In this document: one piece after another, positions 37,545 through 47,787 of the stretch
Layout of the letters: the number at the start of each line of letters is the position of its first letter
How positions within the stretch are numbered: position 1 is the first letter of the stretch
Origin: a virus
Direction: 5' to 3' (one strand)
DNA: 64,000 bases
IMG/VR virus record: IMGVR_UViG_3300045988_160427
Notes under the pieces: generated by a model
The model's input: only the letters and a program-made list of their open reading frames with translations
Told to the model about the DNA's origin: nothing
Database searches by the model: none
Program-made: the position numbers and the translations under genes

Positions 37545-38993
37545 CTAAAATAATTCTTTCCATGAGTTATATTTATTATATTTTTTAATTTCAATTTTGT
37601 CAATAACAACTTGCTTAATTTTGTGGTTGTTCCAATCATTAATTTTCAATTTCCCTACAATATTTAGAATAATTTTGTCTGATTCACCGTTGTATAATTT
37701 TTCTTTCAATTTTTGGTCGGCAAAAAAATAAATAAAATCTATATGATTAATATTCCATTTTAAAGTGGATTTATTTCTGCCTAAAACAGCAATATCTTTA
37801 GCAGATATTTCTATATTTTCTATATAAAAAATAGGTTCATTTAAGTTTTTACCCCATAGAGAAGCATATTTGTCCCAGTACCCAAATAAATTATCAGGTA
37901 TGTTATTTTTATTATAAATACAACATACTTCGGTGGGTTCTTCTTCGTATGAGATATCTGTATCTAAATATTTAATAAAATTATCAATATTGTTCTCTGG
38001 AATAGATATTCCGAAACTTTTTTGGTGTCCTTCTGCAAAATTAATTAAATTACTATTATTACAAAAGGTTTTTATATCTCTTGTAGAGCGACAAGAACCA
38101 TTATAATTATTGTTTTTCTTATAAAGACAAAAAGTAGGCTTTTCATACTTACTCATAATTTTTGAAGCCAATAAACCAGTGTAATTACTAGGTTGAATAT
38201 AAGCTAAAATAAAATTTTTATATTGTTTTATTTCACAATTGTCTAATAAAAGTTGAACATTTTTATTTTGATTGTTTTTTTCTCTTTTTATTTTTTTTAG
38301 AACTGAAGCATATTCTTCACTTGTGCCAATAAAACATTCGAAAATTTCTTTTTTTAACTCAAAGTTGTCTGATCTAATAACTGCATTTAATTTAGGAACA
38401 ACATCCCACGCTAATGTAGTGGGGGTAACAGCGCCTTTAGATAGTTCATTTATTAGAAAAGAAAGAAAAGAGTTTTTAATATTAGAAAATCCTATAAAAT
38501 TATAATAACGATTTTCTAAATTTTTCATATCCATAACATCAGCCACATTGCTCAATGCTACTAAATCTAACAAATCTTGATGATATAAATCATTATTTTG
38601 TTCGCAACAATATTTAATAAATTTATAAGTAACCCCAGCTCCACTTAAACTTTTATTTGTTACTTTATCACTATATTGATTATTAATACTAAACACCCCA
38701 TCATAAGGAGGTATTTCATGATGATCTGTTTGAATGATTTTTATGTTTTTATTTCCCAAATCTTCTACATATTGTTGACTAGAAGGATTGGCATCAGGAA
38801 TCCAAAGTAACTTGCAATCATTTTTAATTTCTTTCATTATATCCTCATTTAACCCATGCCTTTTATCTTTGTGATATAACACAATAATATTTTCATGCTT
38901 TACACCTAAATGAATTAAATATTTATATACTAAAACAGATGATATTAAACCATCTACATCACAATCTTGTAAAATATAAATTTTATTTTGCAT
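37545..38993 (-). CDS. DHH-family phosphoesterase (RecJ-like exonuclease)
   Basis: 'DCDVDG' motif I and 'DHHE' motif III. Confidence 0.65.
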   Translation of the reverse strand: MQNKIYILQDCDVDGLISSVLVYKYLIHLGVKHENIIVLYHKDKRHGLNEDIMKEIKNDCKLLWIPDANPSSQQYVEDLGNKNIKIIQTDHHEIPPYDGVFSINNQYSDKVTNKSLSGAGVTYKFIKYCCEQNNDLYHQDLLDLVALSNVADVMDMKNLENRYYNFIGFSNIKNSFLSFLINELSKGAVTPTTLAWDVVPKLNAVIRSDNFELKKEIFECFIGTSEEYASVLKKIKREKNNQNKNVQLLLDNCEIKQYKNFILAYIQPSNYTGLLASKIMSKYEKPTFCLYKKNNNYNGSCRSTRDIKTFCNNSNLINFAEGHQKSFGISIPENNIDNFIKYLDTDISYEEEPTEVCCIYNKNNIPDNLFGYWDKYASLWGKNLNEPIFYIENIEISAKDIAVLGRNKSTLKWNINHIDFIYFFADQKLKEKLYNGESDKIILNIVGKLKINDWNNHKIKQVVIDKIEIKKYNKYNSWKELF

Positions 38994-39004
38994 TTTTACC
39001 CTCC

Positions 39005-40102
39005 TTAAAAAATATTTTCTTTATTTTTATACAAAATATTCCATATATTCTCTCCCTTATCCGAGGGAGAATCTTTGTATTCTAATAAATTGCTCCTGTC
39101 ATAAATAACATTAACTTTACAAAACCCTTTAAATTGTTCAGCTATTTTCACAACAGTTTTTTCCCATCTTGAATATTCTTTTTTTTCTTCTTCATTTTTT
39201 GCATGATTGAAAATAGCATGATATTGTTTGTCTAGACATATGTTTACCACATCTATACCTAAATCCAACAATAATTTTTTCTTATATTTAGTTAAATTTA
39301 CTCCAAAGAGTGCTACACTATTATTATTTTTAGCTATAGTTTCCATTTGAAGTACAGACTTTGGAGCTTCGAATATATTAACCTCACCCTGATTTTTTAT
39401 GTTATATTGATTCATATTTACCCCATACAAAACTTGGCCTGTAGAAAAAATATAATCACTATTATCTAACATTTTAACAGGCATATATTTATATCCATTT
39501 TCAATCATTTCTGGGTCAAGATTTCTTCCATGTATTCCTATTAAATTTCCATCTTTATCAAATACAGGAATTGTTATCATTTGTTTCAACGGATAAAAAC
39601 CAATATGAAATTTCTCCATGGTTTCTATTGTTATTCCTTCTTTAATCCATGAATAGTCATAGATTTTATCAAAAAAATCTAATATTTTAGGATCATAAAT
39701 TTTTATATTTTTCTGTCCTCTTTTTATTTTTAAATATTTAGATAAACTTTCTTCCCAGTAATCTTCTTTTTTCCCTTCTGTATATCTTTCAATTTCATGG
39801 GTTTCAATATTACAAACCGTACATACATATTTAATAGAATCAGAGAAAGAAATTTTTTTAACTTTCATTACTAAATCAAAAATGCTATAAGCTCTATTGC
39901 AGCGAGAAAAACAAAAAAACTGTTTAGAATCCTTATACCAATATAATTTATGACTAGAAGAATTATGACACACTGAAGAAAAAATTATATATTTTTCTGT
40001 TTCCTCTTTGTCATAAACAATTCCACCTAAAGATATAACAATTTTTTTAACATTGATATCACTTATATTATTTTTCAATTGTTTAAGATTTATTTTTTTC
40101 AT
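39005..40102 (-). CDS. dnaG: DNA primase (DnaG-like, CHC2 zinc finger + Toprim)
   Basis: 'CHNSSSHKLYWYKDSKQFFCFSRC' zinc-binding motif; position next to dnaB. Confidence 0.6.
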   Translation of the reverse strand: MKKINLKQLKNNISDINVKKIVISLGGIVYDKEETEKYIIFSSVCHNSSSHKLYWYKDSKQFFCFSRCNRAYSIFDLVMKVKKISFSDSIKYVCTVCNIETHEIERYTEGKKEDYWEESLSKYLKIKRGQKNIKIYDPKILDFFDKIYDYSWIKEGITIETMEKFHIGFYPLKQMITIPVFDKDGNLIGIHGRNLDPEMIENGYKYMPVKMLDNSDYIFSTGQVLYGVNMNQYNIKNQGEVNIFEAPKSVLQMETIAKNNNSVALFGVNLTKYKKKLLLDLGIDVVNICLDKQYHAIFNHAKNEEEKKEYSRWEKTVVKIAEQFKGFCKVNVIYDRSNLLEYKDSPSDKGENIWNILYKNKENIF

Positions 40103-40295
40103 AAAAAATACTCCTTATATATTGTATAGAAACCAAAAATATTGAATTATTATAACAATAGCAAAAATAATTAATAAAATATCTCTGATAAAAATATTAT
40201 ATCTTTTTTCATAAAAATTTATTATTAATAGTAGAATAAAGTTTACAATTAATAGATAAAAAACAAATATATTTTTACTTATAAATATAAACATT

Positions 40296-41810
40296 TTATT
40301 CTTCTTCTTTTATAAAAGTTTTTGGTATTGAATTTAAATAATTATTCTTTTCATCGGTGCAAAATAAATCCTTTGCCCTTCCAGTGTTGAAGTCAAAACT
40401 TTGCCAAACTTTAATGTTTTGTCCATATTGCGAATATCTAGCTTTATAGACATGAGTAATAATATTTGGCTCAGTTTTTTCTTCTAATCGTTTTCTATTA
40501 ATTATTGTTTGCATCAAAGATAATTCTGATTTTTTAGGTTTCAAAACAATACAGCCATTATCTAACTTTGTTTTCAATTGTTTACTTCCAAATAAACAAT
40601 TTTCATCAATAACATCGTTGTTTTTCTCGTTACCATTTAATTGAGTCATAGATAATAAACCCAAACTATAATCTTCGGCACACATTTTTAATTCATTAGC
40701 AATAGCTAACAATAACATATCTTGTCTCAATGATGTGCCTATTCTTTCTTTGTAATCCTTACCGACAATTCCGTTGTCCCATATATAATCAAATACGCCA
40801 AATTTACAATGATGAATAATTGCACATTCTTTAATAACCCTTCTTAAATTCGTTAAAGTGAAGTCAGGCATATCAATTAATCTTATATTTGATTTTCTTA
40901 AAATTTTCCCAGCTTCAATTAATCTATCTTTTTCTTCTTCTGTGAATTTGCCATCTAAAATTTTATGTGTGGGAATATCAGCTATATAAGCAATAAAGCG
41001 AGGCTGTAATTCTCTTTCTTGTTCCATTTCAGTATGAATATAAAAACCATTTCCTTGGTAATTATGATTTTTAACAAAATCTTTTTTATCTTTATCCCAT
41101 AAATGAGTAACACTAACTTTACATAAATCGCCTATTGCTGCCGATGTCTTACCAAAACCTGAAGGAGCCGAACGCATTAATAGATGTCCTCTTTGCCATC
41201 CTCTATAAATAGAAGTAAGATAAGGTGAATTTAAACAAGCACCAAAAGATGGTTCTTTTTGAAATTCTTCTAAAACTTTGGTAAACCCTTCTCCTGCCCA
41301 CATTTCAGCACGCACATTTCTATTATCAAATTTAGTTCTTAGTTGATTATATTTACTTTCATAAAAATTTAATATATCTTTAATAGAATATTGGTTTAGT
41401 TTTCCAAAATTTATTTCGCCTTTTTCATTTTCTTCGTAAATTTCTGAAATATCTACTCCCATTTCTTTATACTGTCTTAACAAACTTAATTTTCTAACAT
41501 TGTTATAATAAATTTCATAATTATTAGCGTTCGCTAATTCTTTGACTGTGGAAATAAATTCTAAAAAATTATTATCTTCTAAAACTTCGTATTGAGGTTT
41601 ATAATGTTTACAAAAATTATCCACCATTATTTCATCTATTTCCATAGCACCTTCAGAAGCTAAGTGCAGAATGGCTGAAAATAGTATCATGTGAAATGTA
41701 CAAGGTTCAAAATCATCTTTATTAATTGGAAACTTTTTGTTAAGTAGTAAATCTGTATTATTCATTAAACATCCAAGGGTCATATATGCGTCATTAAAAG
41801 AATAAATCAT
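40296..41810 (-). CDS. dnaB: replicative DNA helicase DnaB-like
   Basis: Walker A 'SAPSGFGKTSAA'; 504 aa. Confidence 0.75.
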   Translation of the reverse strand: MIYSFNDAYMTLGCLMNNTDLLLNKKFPINKDDFEPCTFHMILFSAILHLASEGAMEIDEIMVDNFCKHYKPQYEVLEDNNFLEFISTVKELANANNYEIYYNNVRKLSLLRQYKEMGVDISEIYEENEKGEINFGKLNQYSIKDILNFYESKYNQLRTKFDNRNVRAEMWAGEGFTKVLEEFQKEPSFGACLNSPYLTSIYRGWQRGHLLMRSAPSGFGKTSAAIGDLCKVSVTHLWDKDKKDFVKNHNYQGNGFYIHTEMEQERELQPRFIAYIADIPTHKILDGKFTEEEKDRLIEAGKILRKSNIRLIDMPDFTLTNLRRVIKECAIIHHCKFGVFDYIWDNGIVGKDYKERIGTSLRQDMLLLAIANELKMCAEDYSLGLLSMTQLNGNEKNNDVIDENCLFGSKQLKTKLDNGCIVLKPKKSELSLMQTIINRKRLEEKTEPNIITHVYKARYSQYGQNIKVWQSFDFNTGRAKDLFCTDEKNNYLNSIPKTFIKEEE

Positions 41811-41832
41811 TTTAATCTCCTTTTTAACATAA

Positions 41833-42321
41833 TTAAATTTTGTTTTTCAATCTTTGATAATAACTTTTAGATGTATTATTGATAAAAACAACTTTTTCAT
41901 TGAAATCAATATTTTTAAATTTTTCTTGATTATTTAAACATTTCTTGGTATAGTCCAGTGCTTCTTGATAATATTGTGGAAACACTTGCCCCAATCCCAA
42001 AGAAGTATCAAAATTTTTTTCTAAAATTAATACGTAATATCTAAGGGTGAGAAGTATTTCAGCATCAGTCCAACCATATTCTTTCTTATAATGTTTAATT
42101 TGTGACATAATCCAAGGCCAATTACACTGATTTTGATATAACTCTTGAATATAATCAGTTAAATTGTAATGATATTCAGTATTTTTTGTTTCGTTTTTAT
42201 TTTTTATATAGTTATTATAACAATTTAGATCACAAAAATACATTTTATCTTTTGTCGGATGTTTATAAGAATTCTCTTTTTTAATTTCTTTTTTGCAATT
42301 TCTACATTTCACAGTTTGCAT
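41833..42321 (-). CDS. zinc-finger hypothetical protein
   Basis: 'CRNCKK...CDLNC'. Confidence 0.4.
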   Translation of the reverse strand: MQTVKCRNCKKEIKKENSYKHPTKDKMYFCDLNCYNNYIKNKNETKNTEYHYNLTDYIQELYQNQCNWPWIMSQIKHYKKEYGWTDAEILLTLRYYVLILEKNFDTSLGLGQVFPQYYQEALDYTKKCLNNQEKFKNIDFNEKVVFINNTSKSYYQRLKNKI

Positions 42322-42409
42322 ATTAAATCTACCTTCTTATAATTATTTCTTATCAATAATTATATCAGAAAATATATAAAAGTCAACATGTTTATTAATT
42401 TTATAATTT

Positions 42410-42441
42410 AAAAATCCCTACGAATAAATGTAGGGATTTTT
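42410..42441. terminator. 12-bp perfect inverted repeat (bidirectional terminator/attenuator inside replication operon)
   Basis: AAAAATCCCTAC-8 nt-GTAGGGATTTTT. Confidence 0.55.
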
Positions 42442-42450
42442 AAATGTTAA

Positions 42451-43512
42451 TTAATATGAAATATCATAATCCATAGCTAAATTATTTAATTTTGTATAAA
42501 TGTTTGCTAATTTTTGTACCTCATCTTTTTGTGCTGAAGAAACTTTCCGAATGAGACCATTTTCATCCACACCCAATTCTTCTGCCACGATTTCTTGCAC
42601 TCTCTCGGGCGCCACAACGAAAACTTTTTCCATCACGGAAGGAATAATTTCTAAATAATCTTTTAAATCAAATTTATCATCAACTTTTTTAAACGGTGTC
42701 AGTTGACAATCTGCTTCTTCTGCGCTTTTTTTAATTGCTTCTAACATTGTTTTTTGAATAGTTTCAGCAGAAAAATTCTCAACAATCACTGGCATATTGT
42801 AACGACTTCTTGCAAAAATTGTTTGTGTTTGTTTACAAATAGCGCTAGAAGCGATGGGATCACCATCTTTATCGATTCCATTAGGTCTTGTATAAATGAC
42901 AAAATCACATAAATTTCTTAAAAATCTTGTTGACCCTTTTTCTTTTTCAGTCCCAAAAGGCACAATGAAATTTTTTGTCACAACTCTTGTTTTTCCATTG
43001 TTATCAATGATTTCTTCTTTCTTTTCCACTTCTTCTTCATGTGAAATAAAAATAACAGTATATCCACACGAAGTTAACATATTAATTTGATTTCGAAACA
43101 TTTTTCTTGCTAATAAATACCCATTTGGATTTCTATTATTCCTATCATTTGGATTCTGCACTAAACCAATATCATTCACATCATACATTTTGCACACTTG
43201 CGCTTCACAAATATTAACCAATTCCTCTGCTGTGTCAATAATAATGGTATTATATAATTCATGTGCTTTATCATACATATTTACTAATTGATTATTAATT
43301 GTTACGAAAGTATTCCAATCTCTAATAGCAAATTTAGGACAATTTACTGCATTCCCCCCATTTTCTGCCATTAATAGAAGAGGTTTCGGAAATTTACAGG
43401 ATTGTTTCGTTTTTCCTGTATCATTAGGACCATAAAACATAATCTTCTGTCCAGATAAATCCATAACCATTTCTTTATTTTGCACTGCAAAAATATTAAT
43501 TTTACTACTCAT
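42451..43512 (-). CDS. AAA_24 (Sak4-like) phage recombination ATPase
   Basis: 'IMFYGPNDTGKTKQ' Walker A directly at N-terminus, 'IIIDTAEEL' Walker B. Confidence 0.6.
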   Translation of the reverse strand: MSSKINIFAVQNKEMVMDLSGQKIMFYGPNDTGKTKQSCKFPKPLLLMAENGGNAVNCPKFAIRDWNTFVTINNQLVNMYDKAHELYNTIIIDTAEELVNICEAQVCKMYDVNDIGLVQNPNDRNNRNPNGYLLARKMFRNQINMLTSCGYTVIFISHEEEVEKKEEIIDNNGKTRVVTKNFIVPFGTEKEKGSTRFLRNLCDFVIYTRPNGIDKDGDPIASSAICKQTQTIFARSRYNMPVIVENFSAETIQKTMLEAIKKSAEEADCQLTPFKKVDDKFDLKDYLEIIPSVMEKVFVVAPERVQEIVAEELGVDENGLIRKVSSAQKDEVQKLANIYTKLNNLAMDYDISY

Positions 43513-43531
43513 TTATTTTCCCTCCATGAAA

Positions 43532-44503
43532 TTAGAATGGCATATCTTCCATAGTAATATTCTTAACACGATCTCTAATGGAACTTTGTTCTGTATTGAG
43601 ATTATTTTCTTTTCCTGCTCCATTTTGCATCATTTCATCAAAACGAATGTCCATTTCTTTCTTTAATTGTTCAATAGTTTGTTCATCATAAGCTTTTTCT
43701 AATTCTACTGGATTTCCACTTTTATTTTTAGGAATATCGGCGCCGACAAGTAAGTATTCTTGCTTAAAGAATCCTTGTCTCAAATTAATTTTACGACCAA
43801 AACCACTATGTGCTTGCGGTTGTTGAGATGTACTATTGTTTTCAATAGAACAATATAAAGTAATAGTATCATTTGGTTCTAATTTTTCAACAAAACTTCC
43901 ATTCATTTCATCTACATAACCATTCATAACAGCATCGAAAAATTCTTCTGGAACATAAACTTCTACCGTATGTAAATTTTTATAATAATCTACAACAAAA
44001 GTTTCAATAATAGCACGACCTGTTTCAGTTTGATTTTTCACTTCAGGCTTAACATTTTTCACAATACAATCCATAGAAAATTCTGCTTTAGCTTCCTCTA
44101 AATTTAATTCTGGAACTACGGTAATAAAATTACCACTCAAATTTGAATAGGTATTAATTTTTTTAGTATTTTCATTATACTTTTCATAAACATTAAGTGA
44201 AATTGAACACGATACCATGGAAGGAGTCTCGTTTTTCAAAATTGCATTTTTTTTATCAAGAGCCTTATCCATGAAACCAATCCAATTCTTCCAACTCTTT
44301 GTTTCATTTTCTTCAATTTCTTCAACATCTTTTTTGTAATGAAAAATATTATTTACATTAATTCTATAAATACCTTTTTTATTTTCAATACTAATTGTTC
44401 CTTGAATTTTTTCTCTTCCATCATTTAATTTTTGAATTTTAATATTTTTCTCAGACAAAATTCCCTCAATTACACCATAGCTTCTAGTTTGTAATACTTC
44501 CAT
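43532..44503 (-). CDS. putative ssDNA-binding protein with SSB-type acidic C-terminal tail
   Basis: C-terminus '...NITMEDMPF' resembles SSB 'DDDIPF' tip; location beside Sak4-like ATPase. Confidence 0.35.
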   Translation of the reverse strand: MEVLQTRSYGVIEGILSEKNIKIQKLNDGREKIQGTISIENKKGIYRINVNNIFHYKKDVEEIEENETKSWKNWIGFMDKALDKKNAILKNETPSMVSCSISLNVYEKYNENTKKINTYSNLSGNFITVVPELNLEEAKAEFSMDCIVKNVKPEVKNQTETGRAIIETFVVDYYKNLHTVEVYVPEEFFDAVMNGYVDEMNGSFVEKLEPNDTITLYCSIENNSTSQQPQAHSGFGRKINLRQGFFKQEYLLVGADIPKNKSGNPVELEKAYDEQTIEQLKKEMDIRFDEMMQNGAGKENNLNTEQSSIRDRVKNITMEDMPF

Positions 44504-44521
44504 TTTTTTCTCCTTTATATT

Positions 44522-44788
44522 TTAATCACAATTTGGACAATAATATGTTACAATTTTTTCTTGAATTAGTTGTTCTCCTATTTCATAAAATTCTGTTCCT
44601 TCTATTTTTTTTAATTTCTCACAACAATAAGGACATATTTGTTTGTTTAATAAAACATTTTCTAATGTAGACTTTGAATCAATATCTTGAATATTTTTTA
44701 ATAGATAATAAATACAATCAATATATGTTTCTTCTTCTCCTACATTTTCATACGTTTCTTTCAGGGCTTCTAAAATTTCATTCAACAT
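44522..44788 (-). CDS. zinc-ribbon protein
   Basis: 'CPYCC...CPNCD'. Confidence 0.4.
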   Translation of the reverse strand: MLNEILEALKETYENVGEEETYIDCIYYLLKNIQDIDSKSTLENVLLNKQICPYCCEKLKKIEGTEFYEIGEQLIQEKIVTYYCPNCD

Positions 44789-45038
44789 TTTTAATTTTCT
44801 CTACCAAAAGATTTTTATTCTCTTTCATAAGTACGCACCAATTCATTATTTCTTTCTTTGTTTTACCTTCGTTAAACATTTTTTTCACTGTGCATAAACA
44901 AGAATAAAAACCATCAATAAAAGAATTTACTTGGACTTCTTTCATTTTCTTTTCTACATAATCCAACAATTGTTCCATAACTACATCTTTTTCATCATTC
45001 ATTTTTTTCCTCCTTCCATATAAGAGATTTAACTCCAT
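44778..45038 (-). CDS. hypothetical protein
   Basis: 86-aa ORF. Confidence 0.35.
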   Translation of the reverse strand: MELNLLYGRRKKMNDEKDVVMEQLLDYVEKKMKEVQVNSFIDGFYSCLCTVKKMFNEGKTKKEIMNWCVLMKENKNLLVEKIKNVE

Positions 45039-45405
45039 TGTGAAATTCTGTGATAAAATTCAACCCTTTCACACCTCTTTTATAAACATTAAACCTCCTT
45101 TCATCTGTAGCTTGTATAATAATCCAACTATTATAACGAGAAAATCTTTCTTTTTTAATAAAATCTATAAATTCAATTATCGCTTTTTTAGCAAATAATA
45201 AATTTAAAATACCATTTTCAAAGGTTGTTTCTTTATTAAACATCATGCTATCAGCTTTTTTTCTTTTTCTATAAACCCATAAAACTACATACCATTCTAA
45301 TCTTTCATGTTTTTTAATATACTCTTTTTGAAATAAAACAAAAATAGTATATTTATTAATTTTCTCTTTGACATAATATCCAGAGCCACAATTAATAAAA
45401 TCCAT
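44995..45405 (-). CDS. hypothetical protein
   Basis: 136-aa ORF. Confidence 0.4.
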   Translation of the reverse strand: MDFINCGSGYYVKEKINKYTIFVLFQKEYIKKHERLEWYVVLWVYRKRKKADSMMFNKETTFENGILNLLFAKKAIIEFIDFIKKERFSRYNSWIIIQATDERRFNVYKRGVKGLNFITEFHNGVKSLIWKEEKNE

Positions 45406-45423
45406 AAATACCTCACAATTAAA

Positions 45424-45469
45424 ATATGTAATTTCTTATGAACATATATTATCATAAGAAATTACATAT
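45424..45469. repeat. 18-bp perfect inverted repeat with 10-nt spacer
   Basis: ATATGTAATTTCTTATGA-acatatatta-TCATAAGAAATTACATAT; 12 nt past the stop of the SleB-like gene. Confidence 0.7.
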
Positions 45470-45480
45470 GTCAATGTTTT

Positions 45481-46176
45481 TTATTCACTTTTTCCAAACC
45501 ATTGATTTCCTATTTTAATTCTATCCACGCCTCCGCATTTCCCCGCTGAAAAGAATATATAATTCCCATTTAAAACAGTTGCACCATGCTCTAACACATA
45601 ATCAACGGCATCATAATTTTCTTGTGTTGGTTTTGTAGAAGATAATTTAGAAGCAGTAGAAAACTGTCCTTTTTGATAAATAACTCCTCTAATTGTGTCT
45701 GGATACTTAGAATCTAATACACGATTTAAAACTACTTCTACCACTGCTTTCTGGCCTTTAAAACTTTCACCCCCAGCTTCTCTTTTTACCAATTGAGCCA
45801 ATAGTTTTCTATCACTTTCACTCACTTTAATATTTTTATATTTTCCATTTCCATTAATAGATTCATCTATATTTGTATCTTCTTCTAGCTGATAGTTTTT
45901 AGGATTTTGACTTGTAGTATTAACTTCCTGTGTAATAGTAGGTTGTGGAGTACTCGTAGGTGTCGCAGTGGGTGTGGAAACAGGTGATGTAATAGCACTC
46001 TCTGTAGGCACAGGTATAGGTTCTTGCGTTACTGTTGAAATTGATTCGGTCACAATATTTTCAAAATTAAAATCTTTTTTAAATCTTGTAAATATTGCCA
46101 CCCCTATGATAATACTAAACAATATGATACATTGTACCACCTTCTTTTCAATAATCAATTTAATAATTTTTTTCAT
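45481..46176 (-). CDS. SleB/CwlJ-like cell wall hydrolase with N-terminal TM and Pro/Thr-rich linker
   Basis: 'VVLNRVLDSKYPDTIRGVIYQKGQFS' Hydrolase_2 signature. Confidence 0.65.
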   Translation of the reverse strand: MKKIIKLIIEKKVVQCIILFSIIIGVAIFTRFKKDFNFENIVTESISTVTQEPIPVPTESAITSPVSTPTATPTSTPQPTITQEVNTTSQNPKNYQLEEDTNIDESINGNGKYKNIKVSESDRKLLAQLVKREAGGESFKGQKAVVEVVLNRVLDSKYPDTIRGVIYQKGQFSTASKLSSTKPTQENYDAVDYVLEHGATVLNGNYIFFSAGKCGGVDRIKIGNQWFGKSE

Positions 46177-46194
46177 TTATAATAAACTCCTTAC

Positions 46195-47010
46195 TTATAA
46201 TGCAATAGACAACATTACATTTTTAATTTTTTCTTCTTTCACTTTGGAATATCTTTCAGTTGTTTTTATAGACTTATGACCAATTGTTTCTTGGGCAACT
46301 CTAATACCATAATTATCACAAATATCACTGACAAAAGTATATCTTAAACTATGATTTGTAATATTTTTGGTCATTCCTGCTCTTTTCGCAATATTTTTCA
46401 ATGTTCTATTTATACACTCTGGGCGCATTGGAGTCCCTTGATTGGAAACAAACAAATTCTCTGCGCCATTTTTCCTAGTTTCAAGATATTTATCAACATA
46501 TTCTTTACAAGATTGATTTAAAAAAATTCGTCTAAAGCTTCCACCTTTTGTTTCAATATAAATATCATTTTGTAGATATTGCTCCAAAGTGATTCTTATT
46601 AACTCGGAAACCCGCAATCCTGTACTTAAATACATTGCAATAATAGCTTTATCTCTTGCATTTTTTCCATAGGAAATTAAAGCAGTTGCTTCTTCCATTG
46701 GAATATAAGGTTTTTCTTTATTTTTAACCTTTACATTTTTCAAGTTTTTTGCTGGATTTAATACTATTCTATTAATATCATATAAAAAATTAAAATATCC
46801 TTTAATAGCACTAATTTTTCTATAAATAGAAGATGAAGCATATTTGTTTAAATTTGCTTTCCATAAAACTAAATCTTCAACTGTAATTTCATCTTCTTTT
46901 TTGTTTACAAAAGATAACATATCTCGAATATCATTTTGATAATTTACTAATGTGTTTTTTGACTTTCCTTCACCTTGTAAATTCCTCAAATACAATTCCA
47001 AATTTTCCAT
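46195..47010 (-). CDS. tyrosine site-specific recombinase (XerD-like)
   Basis: 'GLRVSEL' (Arg), 'HSLRYTF', 'GHKSIKTTERY' (His/Tyr) catalytic signature. Confidence 0.8.
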   Translation of the reverse strand: MENLELYLRNLQGEGKSKNTLVNYQNDIRDMLSFVNKKEDEITVEDLVLWKANLNKYASSSIYRKISAIKGYFNFLYDINRIVLNPAKNLKNVKVKNKEKPYIPMEEATALISYGKNARDKAIIAMYLSTGLRVSELIRITLEQYLQNDIYIETKGGSFRRIFLNQSCKEYVDKYLETRKNGAENLFVSNQGTPMRPECINRTLKNIAKRAGMTKNITNHSLRYTFVSDICDNYGIRVAQETIGHKSIKTTERYSKVKEEKIKNVMLSIAL

Positions 47011-47131
47011 TTTTTCTCCTCGCTTTCAATGATATTATAGCATAGAACATCACCCCTTTCAATAGTAAAATAAATAATTATTAATAAAAATTTTTATCAA
47101 ATTTATTTTTAAAACAATATATCCCGCTTAT

Positions 47132-47683
47132 TTATACCTTCCATATCATGTCCTCGTTTAGATCATATTCTTCTTTTGGTAATTTTGTAAAAACATTATT
47201 TTGATCAATCATATCTTCTATAAATAAAGGGCTATGATTTTTATTAGAAAAATAATTCTTCATATCACTAGGATCAATTATACAATTTCCTCCCGGCCGA
47301 TAAGCAATGCTCCAAGGTGATCCACTTACGTGTGTCATATCTACAAGAGTACTCGCAGTATATTTTCCGTAATTAACCGCAACACACATCAATAACGAAA
47401 GTTCTTCTTCATCAAACATATCAACATCAAAAGCATCATCAACAACATCTATTGCCGATTTACCGCAGTACTGATACTTTTTGTAGACATCTCTTACAAC
47501 AGGGCCTAAATCCCAAGCTTCTATTTTGTCAGAAAACAATGAGCGACCTAATTTTGCATAAGCATATCCTTGTGCAAAATACAATAATTCATTTAGTTTT
47601 AAGTTAGACACAGCATCTTCTGTATCTTTCCATAATAAGATAAAATAGTTTGCTACATCATAAGCTTTTTTCAATTTAATCAC
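47132..47683 (-). CDS. Panacea-domain (DUF4065, SocA-like) antitoxin-type protein
   Basis: 'AYDVANYFI...SNLKLNELLYFAQGYAYAKLGRSLFSDKIEAWDLGPVVRDVY' matches the conserved Panacea core (KLxKLLYFAQ...G.PLF...EAW..GPV). Confidence 0.7.
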   Translation of the reverse strand: MIKLKKAYDVANYFILLWKDTEDAVSNLKLNELLYFAQGYAYAKLGRSLFSDKIEAWDLGPVVRDVYKKYQYCGKSAIDVVDDAFDVDMFDEEELSLLMCVAVNYGKYTASTLVDMTHVSGSPWSIAYRPGGNCIIDPSDMKNYFSNKNHSPLFIEDMIDQNNVFTKLPKEEYDLNEDMIWKV

Positions 47684-47756
47684 CTCTTTTTTATATTTTT
47701 GTTGCGATTAAAAAGAATTAAATTATAAAATTACTTATATTAATTCTAATAAATAA

Positions 47757-47787
47757 TTTTAGAACCTATTTTTCATAGGTTCTAAAA
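47757..47787. terminator. 13-bp perfect inverted repeat hairpin between small ORF and Panacea gene
   Basis: TTTTAGAACCTAT-ttttc-ATAGGTTCTAAAA; overlaps 3' end of small ORF. Confidence 0.5.
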
